Source: Deltaproteobacteria bacterium (GTDB lineage Bacteria; Myxococcota_A; Polyangia; Polyangiales; JADJMO01). Taken from it: a stretch of 64,000 bases of DNA. This document shows, one piece after another, positions 45,781 to 57,361 of this stretch (positions are counted from its first letter, which is position 1; each line of letters opens with the position of its first letter). The notes beneath the pieces were generated by a model. It did no database searches and was not told the origin of the DNA. It saw nothing but the letters and a program-made list of their open reading frames with translations. The position numbers and the translations under genes were made by a program. The stretch covers positions 3,091 to 67,090 of the forward strand of contig JALHOE010000017.1 of the NCBI GenBank assembly GCA_022843175.1. Direction: 5' to 3'.

Positions 45781-46112
45781 GCGCGAAGCCTGCGGCGCAG
45801 GGGCCGGAGGCGCGAGCGGCAGGCGTCCCCGCGGTGCTTCTGCCGGGGCGCGGCGAGTCAGGTCGCGAGGGTGAGTGCGGCGCCGAGGAGGCACGCGATC
45901 CACGCCGGGATGCCAAGGACTGAGCCAGCGATGGTGGCGTCGATGAGCCATCGCTCGACCCGACGTCTCCGCACCACCCGCAGCGTGAGGTCCAGACCCG
46001 CGGCGAGCACGCACCCGGCAGCGAACCACCGATCGGTCGGCCTTCGCCCGAGCATCGGCGCGAGGTTCTCGGCGTGGGCTGACGAGGCCTCGCAGCGATG
46101 CGATGATGTGGA

Positions 46113-47069
46113 ATGACCTCTGTCGGCTCGCGTATGTGGCTCGCGGTCGTGATCGCAGGGTGCTCGAAGAACGATGCGGGGCCCGGCGTTGCGGCGCAGG
46201 ATGCCGGCTCGAGCGATGTTGCAATCGAGGCGGGCACCCCGCGCACCCTGCGCGTCTACGTGGCGGGCGAGAGCATCGAGCGTCGCAATCGATACGTCGA
46301 GCCGCCGTTCCTCGCGAGCGGCGCGCTGAACGAGCGCGGCGGAGGCGACCTGCGCAACGACAACGACGAATACGGCTGGATGCCCCCGCTCGCCGATCGC
46401 CTCGCGAAGCGAGAGCCCGGGCTCTCGATCACGTGGGTGGGCAGCGAGGCGTGGCTCGACGCAGACGACGCGCCGTATACCGGCAGCTACCCGTCCACGA
46501 CGCCGGCGAGCAGCTCGGCGATCTCCGGAACGACCATCGATGCGTGGCTCGAGCAACGGCGCGGCGAGCTCACCGCGAAGACCTTTTGCTACGACGTGGC
46601 GATCGCCGCTCGCGGTGGCAATGACTACGGCCTCGAGGACGCGCCCGTCAAAGCGTCGCTCAAGGAGTTGATCTCGCTGCTCGCCTCTGGCTCGAGCTGC
46701 CGCGCCGACCCGATCATCTACGTGACAGCCCACATGCCCGATGATCAGCGCGGCGGCGGTCCGCCTGCCGACGCCGCGTACGTCGCGGAGCAAACGCAGC
46801 GCTTCGTGGTCCGCTTCCGCGATGCGGTGAGAGAGCTCGCGACCGAGAAGCCCGCGATACGCGTCCGGTTCGTCGACCTCTACACGCCGTTCACCGAGAG
46901 CAAACGAACGACGGCCTTCCCGGCCGAGGTCTGGTCGAAGTCAGGCGTTCCGGACTACGTGAAGATCGGTCGCATCGACGACACGCTGCACATTCGACGA
47001 CTCGCCTCCATCTATTGCGGCGAATTGTTCGCCGATGCGCTCGATCTCGCGGAGCTGCGCGCGCTCTGA
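46113..47069 (+). CDS. SGNH/GDSL-type hydrolase-like lipoprotein
   Basis: Lipobox LAVVIAGCSKN. LRVYVAGESIE (block I-like), ARGGNDY (block III-like) and a late DDTLHIRR (block V D-x-x-H-like). Confidence 0.65.
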   Translation: MTSVGSRMWLAVVIAGCSKNDAGPGVAAQDAGSSDVAIEAGTPRTLRVYVAGESIERRNRYVEPPFLASGALNERGGGDLRNDNDEYGWMPPLADRLAKREPGLSITWVGSEAWLDADDAPYTGSYPSTTPASSSAISGTTIDAWLEQRRGELTAKTFCYDVAIAARGGNDYGLEDAPVKASLKELISLLASGSSCRADPIIYVTAHMPDDQRGGGPPADAAYVAEQTQRFVVRFRDAVRELATEKPAIRVRFVDLYTPFTESKRTTAFPAEVWSKSGVPDYVKIGRIDDTLHIRRLASIYCGELFADALDLAELRAL

Positions 47070-47232
47070 TCAGGCGAAGAACTGAGGCGGAGGTGCGCAT
47101 CCCTCATGCCGCTCAACGGGTCGCCCACGCTAGAGAACTTTCCGCTCGCGGTGGTCGAGTTGTGGACGTTGCTCGCGCGGGTTGCGTCGACCGTTGACCG
47201 TTAGCCGTCTTCCGTTGGAGGCACGGCCGGAC

Positions 47233-47299
47233 AGGCGCGCGCGTAAGCGAGCGCCTATCGGTGCGAATGGTGGCGAGGCGCTCGCTGACGCGCGCGCCT
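47233..47299. repeat. REP-like family 1, inverted pair
   Basis: aggcgcgcgcgtaagcgagcgcct (47233-47256) and aggcgctcgctgacgcgcgcgcct (47276-47299) lie in opposite orientation, 19 nt apart. Confidence 0.85.
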
Positions 47300-47686
47300 A
47301 TGGGTCGGCACGGTCGACGGTCGACGGCGGCAGCGCCCGCGTCGATCATCCAAAGTGAAAGTGCTCCACAATAGGTGCGGCGCAGTCCCGAAAGCGCTCG
47401 GTGTGTTCGGCGCGCCCTCGGCATTCGGCGCGCCGGCGCGTTCAAGCTGCACGAGGCCGTCGGTCCGTCGGCGAATGTGGAGCTTGCCTGAGCCACCTAC
47501 GTCCTGATGACGCGCGCCGGGTCGCGTCATCGTGTACATCACGCTCTCGATAATTTCGCCCTTGATCCCGGGCGGAAGCGCCTCAAGATCGGCGAGTGTC
47601 GGCGGATGTGACAGGCGCTGAGCCACGCGTCGGAGCGTAGTACGCCGATACGGCCGCCTCCGAACGCCGGCGATGACTGGACCCAC
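47300..47686 (-). pseudogene. Uma2 (DUF820) family endonuclease remnant, frameshifted and truncated
   Basis: The N-terminus PTLADLEALPPGIKGEIIESVMYTMTRPGARHQ fits Uma2. After that the frame decays. A different frame carries a C-terminal-like LSLWMIDAG. The ORF runs into the REP pair. Confidence 0.4.
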
Positions 47687-47727
47687 GGGTGTTTGGAATT
47701 GTTCCGGCCCTGCCTGTGAGGAGAGCG

Positions 47728-48192
47728 ATGACGCATTACATCGATCTGAGCTCCTGCGACTACTTCGGTCCGGCCGACGGGCGGCTTCTCGCAGTCGGGT
47801 GGCTTGAACTCGGTCGCCCGTTGGAGCGAGGCAGGGTCACGGGCGAGTTCTTCGAGGCTTTCGCTCGTCTCGCGGCGAACGCATGGCAGCCCTTCGTTCA
47901 CGCTGGCAGGCATGCATGCCAATGGTGCGTCTTCTCGGGCGGCCCCGCGGAGGTTCGCGTCGGTGACCTCACCGTCGCCGTCGGCGCGACGAATGTCTTC
48001 GTGCCGGCCGAGCAAGCGATGTATGTCGCCCCCTCCTTGCTTCTCCACTACATGGACGCGCACGAGTACGCTCCGCCCGAAGTCTTTCAGCGCGCGGTTA
48101 TCGCCTGTCCGACGATGCGGTCGATGGATTACCTGAAAGCGCTGCGAGCGCACGGCATCGACCGCCTTGGGCGACAATCCGGTCAGCAGTAG
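47728..48192 (+). CDS. hypothetical protein (widespread uncharacterised family; I recall DUF7919-like)
   Basis: MTHYIDLSSCDYFG...LAVGWL...GRHACQWC...YVAPSLLLHYMDAHEYAPPEVF. Locally lower GC. The family name is from memory and needs an HMM check. Confidence 0.6.
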   Translation: MTHYIDLSSCDYFGPADGRLLAVGWLELGRPLERGRVTGEFFEAFARLAANAWQPFVHAGRHACQWCVFSGGPAEVRVGDLTVAVGATNVFVPAEQAMYVAPSLLLHYMDAHEYAPPEVFQRAVIACPTMRSMDYLKALRAHGIDRLGRQSGQQ

Positions 48193-48332
48193 CCCACGGC
48201 CGGCGTCTCGTGCGCGGCGCGAGTGAGCCGCGATTTGCTCCGCATTGAAGGCGCGAGAGGTAAGAGCTCGAAGCGGCCAAACTAGATTCCAGTGGGCGAG
48301 TTGAAGATCCCCTCTCCGCACCTCGAACACGC

Positions 48333-48964
48333 TCACCACCCGGCCGGTCGATCGAGCCGCAGGCAGCTCACCGTGTTCGGCGCGAAGAACGACGAGCTCT
48401 TCGCCCGCACCGGCTCGCCGTCCCTGATGACCACGCCCTCTTCGAGCGGCCAGCGCGGCTCCTGTCCCGGCAGCAGCGAGTGCGTGCCGCTCTGCGGGAT
48501 GCCGATGACGAAGGTGTGACTCACCACCCGGCGTTGCATTCGCGTGGCGAGCGCCGTCGCGAACCGACGGCCCTCGCGCCCACCGAACGCGCTGCAGCAG
48601 CGCAGCCACAGCTGCGCGTCCTCGGTCATGCGCGCGCGGAGCGCGTCGAGCGGGAGCACGTCGAAGGCGCGCGTGGAGAGCCGCGTGTCGCCGAGGTCCA
48701 TGTAGCCCCAGCCCCCGTGACCCCAGGCCTGCAGCTCGGCGATCGGCAGCCCCGTGGTGTCCGCCGCCTCGATCGCGAACGCGAGCGCCTCTTCCCACGA
48801 GCTGACGCCGCGCGCGCGATAGGGGACGCGCCGCAGGAGCGCGTGCAGCTTGGTGCCCGCCCACCACGCCGGCGCGAGACCGACCTCGACGCCGGCCGCG
48901 CCCCCATCCCGTCCGCGCCGCAGGCCGACGCGATCGGTCGCGTCGTAGACGACGAGGCGAAGGC

Positions 48965-48968
<4 letters not shown>
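48333..48968 (-). CDS. hypothetical protein translationally coupled to clpA
   Basis: GTG 48968..48966 overlaps the clpA stop (GTGA). VSLRLVVYDATDR...LQAWGHGGWGYMDLGDTRL. This is the real 3' part of ORF 48333..50603. Confidence 0.65.
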
Positions 48969-51319
<2,351 letters not shown>

Positions 51320-51346
51320 GGGGGAATCCCTTTATAACCACTCGGA

Positions 51347-51688
51347 TCAGTCTTCGGGCTCGGCCGTAACTCTCAGCGGAAAGCCCGACTTGCGCGCGTG
51401 CTTGGTGACCTGGTCGACCTTCGTCTCGGCCACGTCCTTGGGGTAGAACCCTGCGATTCCCGCGCCCTTGTAGTGGACCGACAGCATGACGTAGGTCGCC
51501 TCGGACTCGTCCTTGTCGAAGTACCGCTGGAGCATCTCGACCACGAACTCTCGGGTCGTGTAGTCGTCGTTGTGGAAGATGACCTTCCAACGCTTGGGCT
51601 TCTGGACCTTCTTGACCTGCTCGACGGCGAGGTCGCCCTCTTCGTCGGGGTCGTCGGGGCGGTTCGGCGGGTCTTTCGGATCGGCCAT
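51347..51688 (-). CDS. clpS: ATP-dependent Clp protease adaptor ClpS
   Basis: 113 aa. KVIFHNDDYTTREFVVEML...THGKGIAG-like core (VHYKGAGIAG). Confidence 0.95.
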   Translation of the reverse strand: MADPKDPPNRPDDPDEEGDLAVEQVKKVQKPKRWKVIFHNDDYTTREFVVEMLQRYFDKDESEATYVMLSVHYKGAGIAGFYPKDVAETKVDQVTKHARKSGFPLRVTAEPED

Positions 51689-51783
51689 AGCGGAGGTCCC
51701 GAGAGGTTAACCCTCGGGAGCCCCGGACAGATGCGCGGATCGGGCCGCGGGGCTCGCTACCTGGAAATAATGCTGGGTTCCAC

Positions 51784-51812
51784 TTGCGTTCTGTAAACAC
51801 AGAATCTACAGT
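51784..51812 (+). promoter_or_regulatory. candidate sigma70-type promoter (TTGCGT-17-TACAGT) with embedded 6-4-6 palindrome
   Basis: TTGCGT 51784-51789 and TACAGT 51807-51812. The palindrome ttctgt-aaac-acagaa (51789-51804) lies in the spacer. The ATG is at 51820, so the mRNA would be leaderless or nearly so. Pattern match only. Confidence 0.3.
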
Positions 51813-51819
51813 ACGGTTC

Positions 51820-52572
51820 ATGATGCTCACCCGGGACCACTCCGCCCAGCGTCGCGTCGAGATCCCCGCCGACGGGTCGGCCATTGTCGAGGCCCGAGGC
51901 AAGGCGCGCGAGCGCCTGCAGGCCGCCATCCCCGAGCGCTACAGCCCCTGGCTCCACCTTGCCGCCTCCACCGGCGTCGGTGTGCTCGCGCTCACGGTGG
52001 GTCTCATCGGCCTGCGCGCGCCCCGCGCGGTCGACTACCTGGCCATTCCGATCACCTTCCTCCTCTCGAACCTCTTCGAGTGGTGGGCCCACAAGGACCT
52101 GCTCCACCGTCGCATCAAGCCGTTCCAGGAGCTCTACGATCGCCACACGCCCGAGCACCACATGGTCTTCGGCTACGACGACATGGCCGTGCGCAACTGG
52201 AAGGAGCTCCGCCTGGTGCTCATCCCGGCGTTCGGCGTGGCCGGCATCGTGGTGATGATGGCGCCCATCGCGTTCGCGCTGTCGAGGCTGTTCAACCCCA
52301 ACGTCGGGTGGCTCTTCCTCATCACGTCGGCGCTGTACGTCGTCGGCTACGAGCTCTCGCACCTGAGCTATCACCTGCCGCCGGACTCGTTCATCGGCCG
52401 CCTCGCGCTCGTGCGCGTGCTCCGCGAGCAGCACCGCCGGCACCATCACCCCCGGCTGATGCAGAAGTGGAACTTCAACGTCACCATCCCGATCGGCGAT
52501 TTCCTCCACCGCACGATGGTCCCGAAGGACGTACTCGAGAAGACGCTCGAGCAGGACCGCGCCGAATCCTGA
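51820..52572 (+). CDS. fatty acid hydroxylase / sterol desaturase superfamily membrane protein
   Basis: Histidine boxes WWAHKDLLH, HTPEHHMVF and HRRHHHP, plus TM segments. Start ATG 51820 is preferred over TTG 51784. Confidence 0.8.
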   Translation: MMLTRDHSAQRRVEIPADGSAIVEARGKARERLQAAIPERYSPWLHLAASTGVGVLALTVGLIGLRAPRAVDYLAIPITFLLSNLFEWWAHKDLLHRRIKPFQELYDRHTPEHHMVFGYDDMAVRNWKELRLVLIPAFGVAGIVVMMAPIAFALSRLFNPNVGWLFLITSALYVVGYELSHLSYHLPPDSFIGRLALVRVLREQHRRHHHPRLMQKWNFNVTIPIGDFLHRTMVPKDVLEKTLEQDRAES

Positions 52573-52584
52573 TACGAAAGGGGC

Positions 52585-54393
52585 GTGCGACGCGCGCTCC
52601 TCCTCTCCCTCGTCCTCGCGTGCAGCGGCAAGGCCGAGACCCCGCCCAGCGAAACGCCCTGCGGCGAGGGCCTCGTGCGCGAGGGCTCCGGCTGCGCGCC
52701 GAAGTTCGACACCTGTCCCGACGGCGCGCTCCCTACGTTCGGCGGCGGCTGCGTGCCGCTCGCGCCGCCCGTCCTCGCGGCGCCCTCGTGCGCCGACGGC
52801 CAGCTCGCGGTGCCGGGCGAGGCGGCGTGTCATCCGATCGCGTCGTGCGGCGCCGCGCCCTGGGGCGAGCTGCCCGACGAGCCGAACGCGGTGTGGGTCG
52901 ACGGCAAGGCCGCCGACGGCGGCGACGGCACGCGGAGCAAGCCGTTCAAGTCGCTCGCCGAGGCGCTCGCCCGCGCGCGCGACAACGCGCTGATCGGGAT
53001 CGCCGCCGGCACCTATACGGTCAACGTCGACGTGAGCCAGCGGGTGCGGATCCACGGCCGCTGCCCGTCGATGGTGGAGCTCGCCGGCGATCCCGCGCTG
53101 CTCACCGACCACGTCATACAGGCCACCGCCGACCTCGAGCTCAAGGGGGTGTCGATCACCAGCCCGTACATCGGCGTCGGCGTCTACGACGCCAACGTCA
53201 CGATCGACTCGGTGCATTTCCACGACACCGAGTACAGCGCGATCGAAGCGCTCGGCTACAAGACGCCGCCGAACCTCACCGTTCGCAACACCGTCATCGA
53301 CCGCGCCCGCCAGCTCTCGATCACGCTCTTCGGCGCCAACGCCGTCGTCGAGCGGTCGAACATTCGCAACGGTCGTTCGCGCGCCGACGGCAAGACCGGC
53401 GACGGGATCGTCCTCCGCCCGCGCAAGGAGGGCTCGGTCACCCACCCCGCGAAGCTCGAGCTCAGGGCCTCGGTCATCGAGAAGACGCAGCGCTCGGGCG
53501 TCACCGCGTTCGGCGCCAAGCTGGTCGTCGAGGGCTCGATCGTGCGCGGTGTCCGCACCGACGCGTCGGGCAGCGGCGGTCCGGGCGTCGCGACCGACCC
53601 CTATGAGGGAGCACCTGCCGACCTCACGATCAAGGGCGCGCTCCTCGAGGACAACCAGCTCGCGCAGCTCTCGGTGAACGGCACCGCGGCGATCGAGCGA
53701 GTGGTGGCGCGCAAGGGCGTGCCCGCGAAGACCGGCCTGCTCGGCGGCGGCATCGTGTTCGAGGAGGGCACCAAGTTCACCCTCACCGACACGCTCGTCG
53801 AGCAGACGACGTCGTTCGGCGTCGCGGTCTCCGGCGCCGAGGGCACCATCAAGAACCTGCTCGTGCGAGACGTCGTACAGGACGCGATGGGCAGCGGCGG
53901 CATCGGCCTCCAGATCGGCGACGACGAGACCACCTTCGCGCCGTCCACCGCCACGCTCTCGCGCATCCGCCTCGAGCGGTGCGCGCAGCTCGGGCTGCTC
54001 ATCATGGGCTCCACGGTGGACGCCGAGGAGCTCGCGATCTTCGACATCAAGCCGTCCACCGATCAGAGCTTCGGCGACGGCATGGGCATCAGCGCGCACC
54101 GGATCCGCGGCCGGGCCGAGCCGGTGCTCGCCTCGCTCACGCTGCGCAAGAGCATCGTCGAGCGCGCCAACCGTGCCGCCCTCACGCTGTTCGGCGCCGA
54201 CGTCTCGATCGAGAGCTCGCGCTTCCGCTGCTCGCCGATCGCGCTCAACGCCGAGCGCTCGTACGGCCCGCCGGAGAGCGGCGACAAGTTCGAGCGCGAC
54301 TTCCTCCTCGAGGACAAGGGCAACAACGTGTGCGGCTGCGGCGCCCCGGCGGTGTGCAAGGTCGAATCGGCCGGAATCGTGCCGCTCCGCTAG
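52585..54393 (+). CDS. right-handed parallel beta-helix repeat lipoprotein
   Basis: Lipobox LVLACSGK and a Cys-rich N-terminal segment. Periodic ~22-25-aa repeats follow (VTIDSVHFHDTEYSAI, LTVRNTVIDRARQLSI, LELRASVIEKTQRSGV, ...). Confidence 0.75.
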   Translation: MRRALLLSLVLACSGKAETPPSETPCGEGLVREGSGCAPKFDTCPDGALPTFGGGCVPLAPPVLAAPSCADGQLAVPGEAACHPIASCGAAPWGELPDEPNAVWVDGKAADGGDGTRSKPFKSLAEALARARDNALIGIAAGTYTVNVDVSQRVRIHGRCPSMVELAGDPALLTDHVIQATADLELKGVSITSPYIGVGVYDANVTIDSVHFHDTEYSAIEALGYKTPPNLTVRNTVIDRARQLSITLFGANAVVERSNIRNGRSRADGKTGDGIVLRPRKEGSVTHPAKLELRASVIEKTQRSGVTAFGAKLVVEGSIVRGVRTDASGSGGPGVATDPYEGAPADLTIKGALLEDNQLAQLSVNGTAAIERVVARKGVPAKTGLLGGGIVFEEGTKFTLTDTLVEQTTSFGVAVSGAEGTIKNLLVRDVVQDAMGSGGIGLQIGDDETTFAPSTATLSRIRLERCAQLGLLIMGSTVDAEELAIFDIKPSTDQSFGDGMGISAHRIRGRAEPVLASLTLRKSIVERANRAALTLFGADVSIESSRFRCSPIALNAERSYGPPESGDKFERDFLLEDKGNNVCGCGAPAVCKVESAGIVPLR

Positions 54394-54701
54394 TCGCAGG
54401 CCGCGACGTTCTCGAGCTCCCACGTGCCGGCGGGGCAGGTGGCGCGGATCGACGTATCGAAGCCTCCGCCGCAGGGGAAGAAGCACGAGAGGCCGACGCG
54501 GCACGCCACGCCGCGGATGGGGCGGAACGACGGGCAGGTGGGCGGCGTGATCGTCGTGGTGGGCGTGGGGGCCGGCGCGTCGGTGGCGGTCGTGGTCGGT
54601 GCGGCGTCGGCCACGGCCGCGTCGTCGTCGCTCACCGTGACCTTCCCGCCGCACGCGGCGAAGAGCAAACCCAGCAGAACGCTCGCGATCAGCGGCCTCA
54701 T
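54390..54701 (-). CDS. small Cys-rich lipoprotein
   Basis: ATG 54701 gives MRPLIASVLLGLLFAACGG (lipobox). A Thr/Pro/Ala linker and a 7-Cys C-terminal domain follow. Its stop shares the CTAG tetranucleotide with the convergent gene. Confidence 0.6.
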   Translation of the reverse strand: MRPLIASVLLGLLFAACGGKVTVSDDDAAVADAAPTTTATDAPAPTPTTTITPPTCPSFRPIRGVACRVGLSCFFPCGGGFDTSIRATCPAGTWELENVAACD

Positions 54702-54764
54702 TCCCGCGGATTCTACCATGCTGGTTCCTTGCCGGACCGGCCTCGTCGGGCGTAACCAGGCGGC

Positions 54765-55598
54765 ATGCGCAAGCTCGCCGTCGCCGTCGCGCTCCTGCTC
54801 GTCACGGGGGACGCCTCCGCCAAGAAGTCGTCGATCCAAACCGGCGATCCGCTGCCGAAGAAGCCGCTCGTCAACAAGCAGTGTCATGACCAGGGCGCGC
54901 TGCGCTTGATCGGCTCGGACCCGAGCACGCCCTTCGCGACGATCAAGAAGGGCGCGATCGCGAGCGCCGGCCGGGCGTGCTGCGCGCAGTGGGCGCGCAA
55001 GGGCAGCAAGTACAAATCGCTCGACGCCTACGGGCAGATCGCCGGCGACGCCGAGATCTCCGGCGGCGAGGGCTACGACGTGTCGCAGTGCTACGAGCTC
55101 ACCTTCTCGATCAAGAAGGGCAAGCCCGGCGTCGGCCTCTACGTCGGCAGCGACTACGTGGCGCCGAAGAGCGCGGTGTGGCTGCCGAGCGACGCGGAGA
55201 AGGTGGCGCTCGCCAAGGTCGTCGGCTCGCTCGAGCAGACGATGGTGCCCTCGGCGGACTACCCCTGCACGCCGCAGAAGACGCTCCCGCTCTCGGAGCG
55301 CGCGCTCTACTTCCACGGAAACGGTGCGCGCTATGCCGTCGTCGGCGGCGCGATGCTGATCGTGGCCCGCCTGCAGGACGACGGTCGCTGGATCGCCCAC
55401 CACACCGACAACCACGGCGCCAGCACCTGCATGGCCCGGACGTTCATGCCGCGCGCGGTGTTCGATCTCAACGGCGACGGCCGGCCCGAGCTCTTCTTTC
55501 ACGAGGACTTCGGCGACAGCTTCGGGGACGTCGCCCTGGAGCAGGACGGCACGCGCTGGGTCCGGGTCGCCGAGGCCGTCGGCGGGTCGACCGCGTAG
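54765..55598 (+). CDS. hypothetical secreted protein (FG-GAP-like C-terminal motif)
   Basis: Signal MRKLAVAVALLLVTGDASA. DLNGDGRPELFF resembles an FG-GAP/VCBS repeat. Confidence 0.65.
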   Translation: MRKLAVAVALLLVTGDASAKKSSIQTGDPLPKKPLVNKQCHDQGALRLIGSDPSTPFATIKKGAIASAGRACCAQWARKGSKYKSLDAYGQIAGDAEISGGEGYDVSQCYELTFSIKKGKPGVGLYVGSDYVAPKSAVWLPSDAEKVALAKVVGSLEQTMVPSADYPCTPQKTLPLSERALYFHGNGARYAVVGGAMLIVARLQDDGRWIAHHTDNHGASTCMARTFMPRAVFDLNGDGRPELFFHEDFGDSFGDVALEQDGTRWVRVAEAVGGSTA

Positions 55599-55633
55599 AA
55601 ACCGACCGGCTCCGCGGACGTACTCCCTCGACC

Positions 55634-56080
55634 ATGAGGCTCCTGCTCGCGACCGCGCTCATCCTCGCCGCCTGCGGCAGCGACAAGAACACCGACGAGT
55701 CCGGCGCGCGCGCGCTCCTCACCAAGGTCAACGAGCAGAAGTACCGCACCTGGATGCGCGCGCCCGGCTACGAGACGCGACGCCGGGCGGCGAGCCCCCA
55801 CGCCGACGAGGTCGACATCTACGTGAACCAGCCGGTGGCCGACGTGCTCGCCAAGAAGCTCCCCGGCGGCAACTGGCCGGTGGGCTCGATCATCGTCAAA
55901 GACGGGTTCAAGGGCTCCGCTCTGGATCTCATCGCGGTGATGGAGAAGCGCAGCGACGGCTGGTACTGGGCCGAGTATGGCAACGATGGGACGCCGCTGT
56001 TCTCCGGCAAGCCCGGCGTGTGCACCGACTGCCACGAGAGCGGGGCCGACTCGGTCCGCGCGTTCGGCTTCCCGCCGTAG
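55634..56080 (+). CDS. cytochrome P460 family lipoprotein
   Basis: Lipobox LILAACGS. YRTWMRAPG...IYVNQPVADVL...PVGSIIVKD...GWYWAEY...CTDCH, with the CxxCH haem-c site near the C-terminus as in the P460 family. Confidence 0.7.
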   Translation: MRLLLATALILAACGSDKNTDESGARALLTKVNEQKYRTWMRAPGYETRRRAASPHADEVDIYVNQPVADVLAKKLPGGNWPVGSIIVKDGFKGSALDLIAVMEKRSDGWYWAEYGNDGTPLFSGKPGVCTDCHESGADSVRAFGFPP

Positions 56081-56098
56081 CGGCTACAATCGCGCGGA

Positions 56099-57361
56099 AT
56101 GACCGAAGCCGCCCGCGATCTGTGCGCCTACCTCAACGAGAGCCCGTCGCCGTACCACGCCGTGCTCGAGACCATTCGCCGCCTCGAGGCGGTCGGCTTC
56201 TCGCGGCTGCGCGAGGACGAGGCGTGGGAGCTCGGTCCCGGCGACGCGCGGTACGTCACCCGCGCCGACTCGTCGCTCATCGCGTTCCGCGTCGGCGAGC
56301 GCTCGCCGAGCGAGGGTGGGTTTCGCATCGTCGGCGCGCACACCGACAGCCCCGGGCTCCGGCTCAAGCCGCAGCCGGCGAGCGGTAAAGAGGGCTACGC
56401 GCAGCTCGGCGTCGAGGTGTACGGCGGCGTGCTCCTGTACTCGTGGCTCGACCGCGATCTCGGCGTGGCCGGTCGGGTGGTGGTCGAGGAGGCCGACGGC
56501 TCGCTCTCGCGCCGCATGGTGCGCCTGCACGCGCCGCTCGCGCGCGTCGCGAGCCTCGCGATCCACCTCGAGCGCGAGGTCAACGACAAGGGGCTCCAGC
56601 TCAACAAGCAGAACCACCTCGCGCCGATGATCGGCCTCGGCGAGGGCCCCGCCGCCGTCGAGAAGCTGTTCGCCGATCTCTCCGTCGACCCCTCGCGCGT
56701 GCGCGGCTTCGACCTCGGGCTCTACGACCTCACCGCCGCGACGCTCGGCGGCCAGGACGACGCGTTCGTGTTCTCGGGGCGGCTCGACAACCTCGCGTCG
56801 TGCCACGCCGCCACCACCGCGCTGGTCCGCGCGCAGCGGTCCTCGGCCACGCAGGTGATCGCGCTGTTCGATCACGAGGAGGTCGGGAGCGGCTCCGCGC
56901 AGGGCGCCGCCGGTCCGTTCCTCCGCGACGTGCTCACGCGGATCGTCCACGCCGATCACGCGTCGTTCCTTCGCGCGATCGCCGCGTCGTTCTGCGTCTC
57001 CGCCGACATGGCCCATGCGGTGCACCCGAACTACGTCGACAAGCACGAGGGCAAGCACATGCCGCGCATCGGCAAGGGCCCGGTCGTGAAGACCAACGTG
57101 CAGCAGCGCTACGCGACCGACGGCGAGACCGGCGCCCGGTTCCGCGCGCTGTGCCGCCAGGCCGACGTGCCGGTGCAGGACTTCGTCACGCGCAGCGACC
57201 TCGCGTGCGGGTCCACCATCGGGCCGATCACCGCCGCGCAGCTCGGCATCGCCACCGTCGACGTGGGCAACCCGATGCTGTCGATGCACTCCATCCGCGA
57301 GATGTGCGGCGCAGCCGACGTGGGCATGATGATCGCCGCGCTCGGCAGGTTGTTCGCCTGA
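56099..57361 (+). CDS. M18 family aminopeptidase (aspartyl aminopeptidase-like)
   Basis: SPSPYHAV, GAHTDSPGLRLKP, DHEEVGS, HAVHPNY and MHSIRE are all typical M18 blocks. Confidence 0.9.
   Translation: MTEAARDLCAYLNESPSPYHAVLETIRRLEAVGFSRLREDEAWELGPGDARYVTRADSSLIAFRVGERSPSEGGFRIVGAHTDSPGLRLKPQPASGKEGYAQLGVEVYGGVLLYSWLDRDLGVAGRVVVEEADGSLSRRMVRLHAPLARVASLAIHLEREVNDKGLQLNKQNHLAPMIGLGEGPAAVEKLFADLSVDPSRVRGFDLGLYDLTAATLGGQDDAFVFSGRLDNLASCHAATTALVRAQRSSATQVIALFDHEEVGSGSAQGAAGPFLRDVLTRIVHADHASFLRAIAASFCVSADMAHAVHPNYVDKHEGKHMPRIGKGPVVKTNVQQRYATDGETGARFRALCRQADVPVQDFVTRSDLACGSTIGPITAAQLGIATVDVGNPMLSMHSIREMCGAADVGMMIAALGRLFA

Noticed and set aside
45858-46793. 311-aa minus-strand ORF overlapping the SGNH hydrolase gene.
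   Set aside because: Most of it is Arg-rich antisense shadow of 46113..47069. Only the last 65 codons (45858..46055, MLGRRPTDRWFAAGCVLAAGL…, two hydrophobic helices) might be a real small membrane protein. I could not support that beyond hydrophobicity, so it is not listed as a feature.
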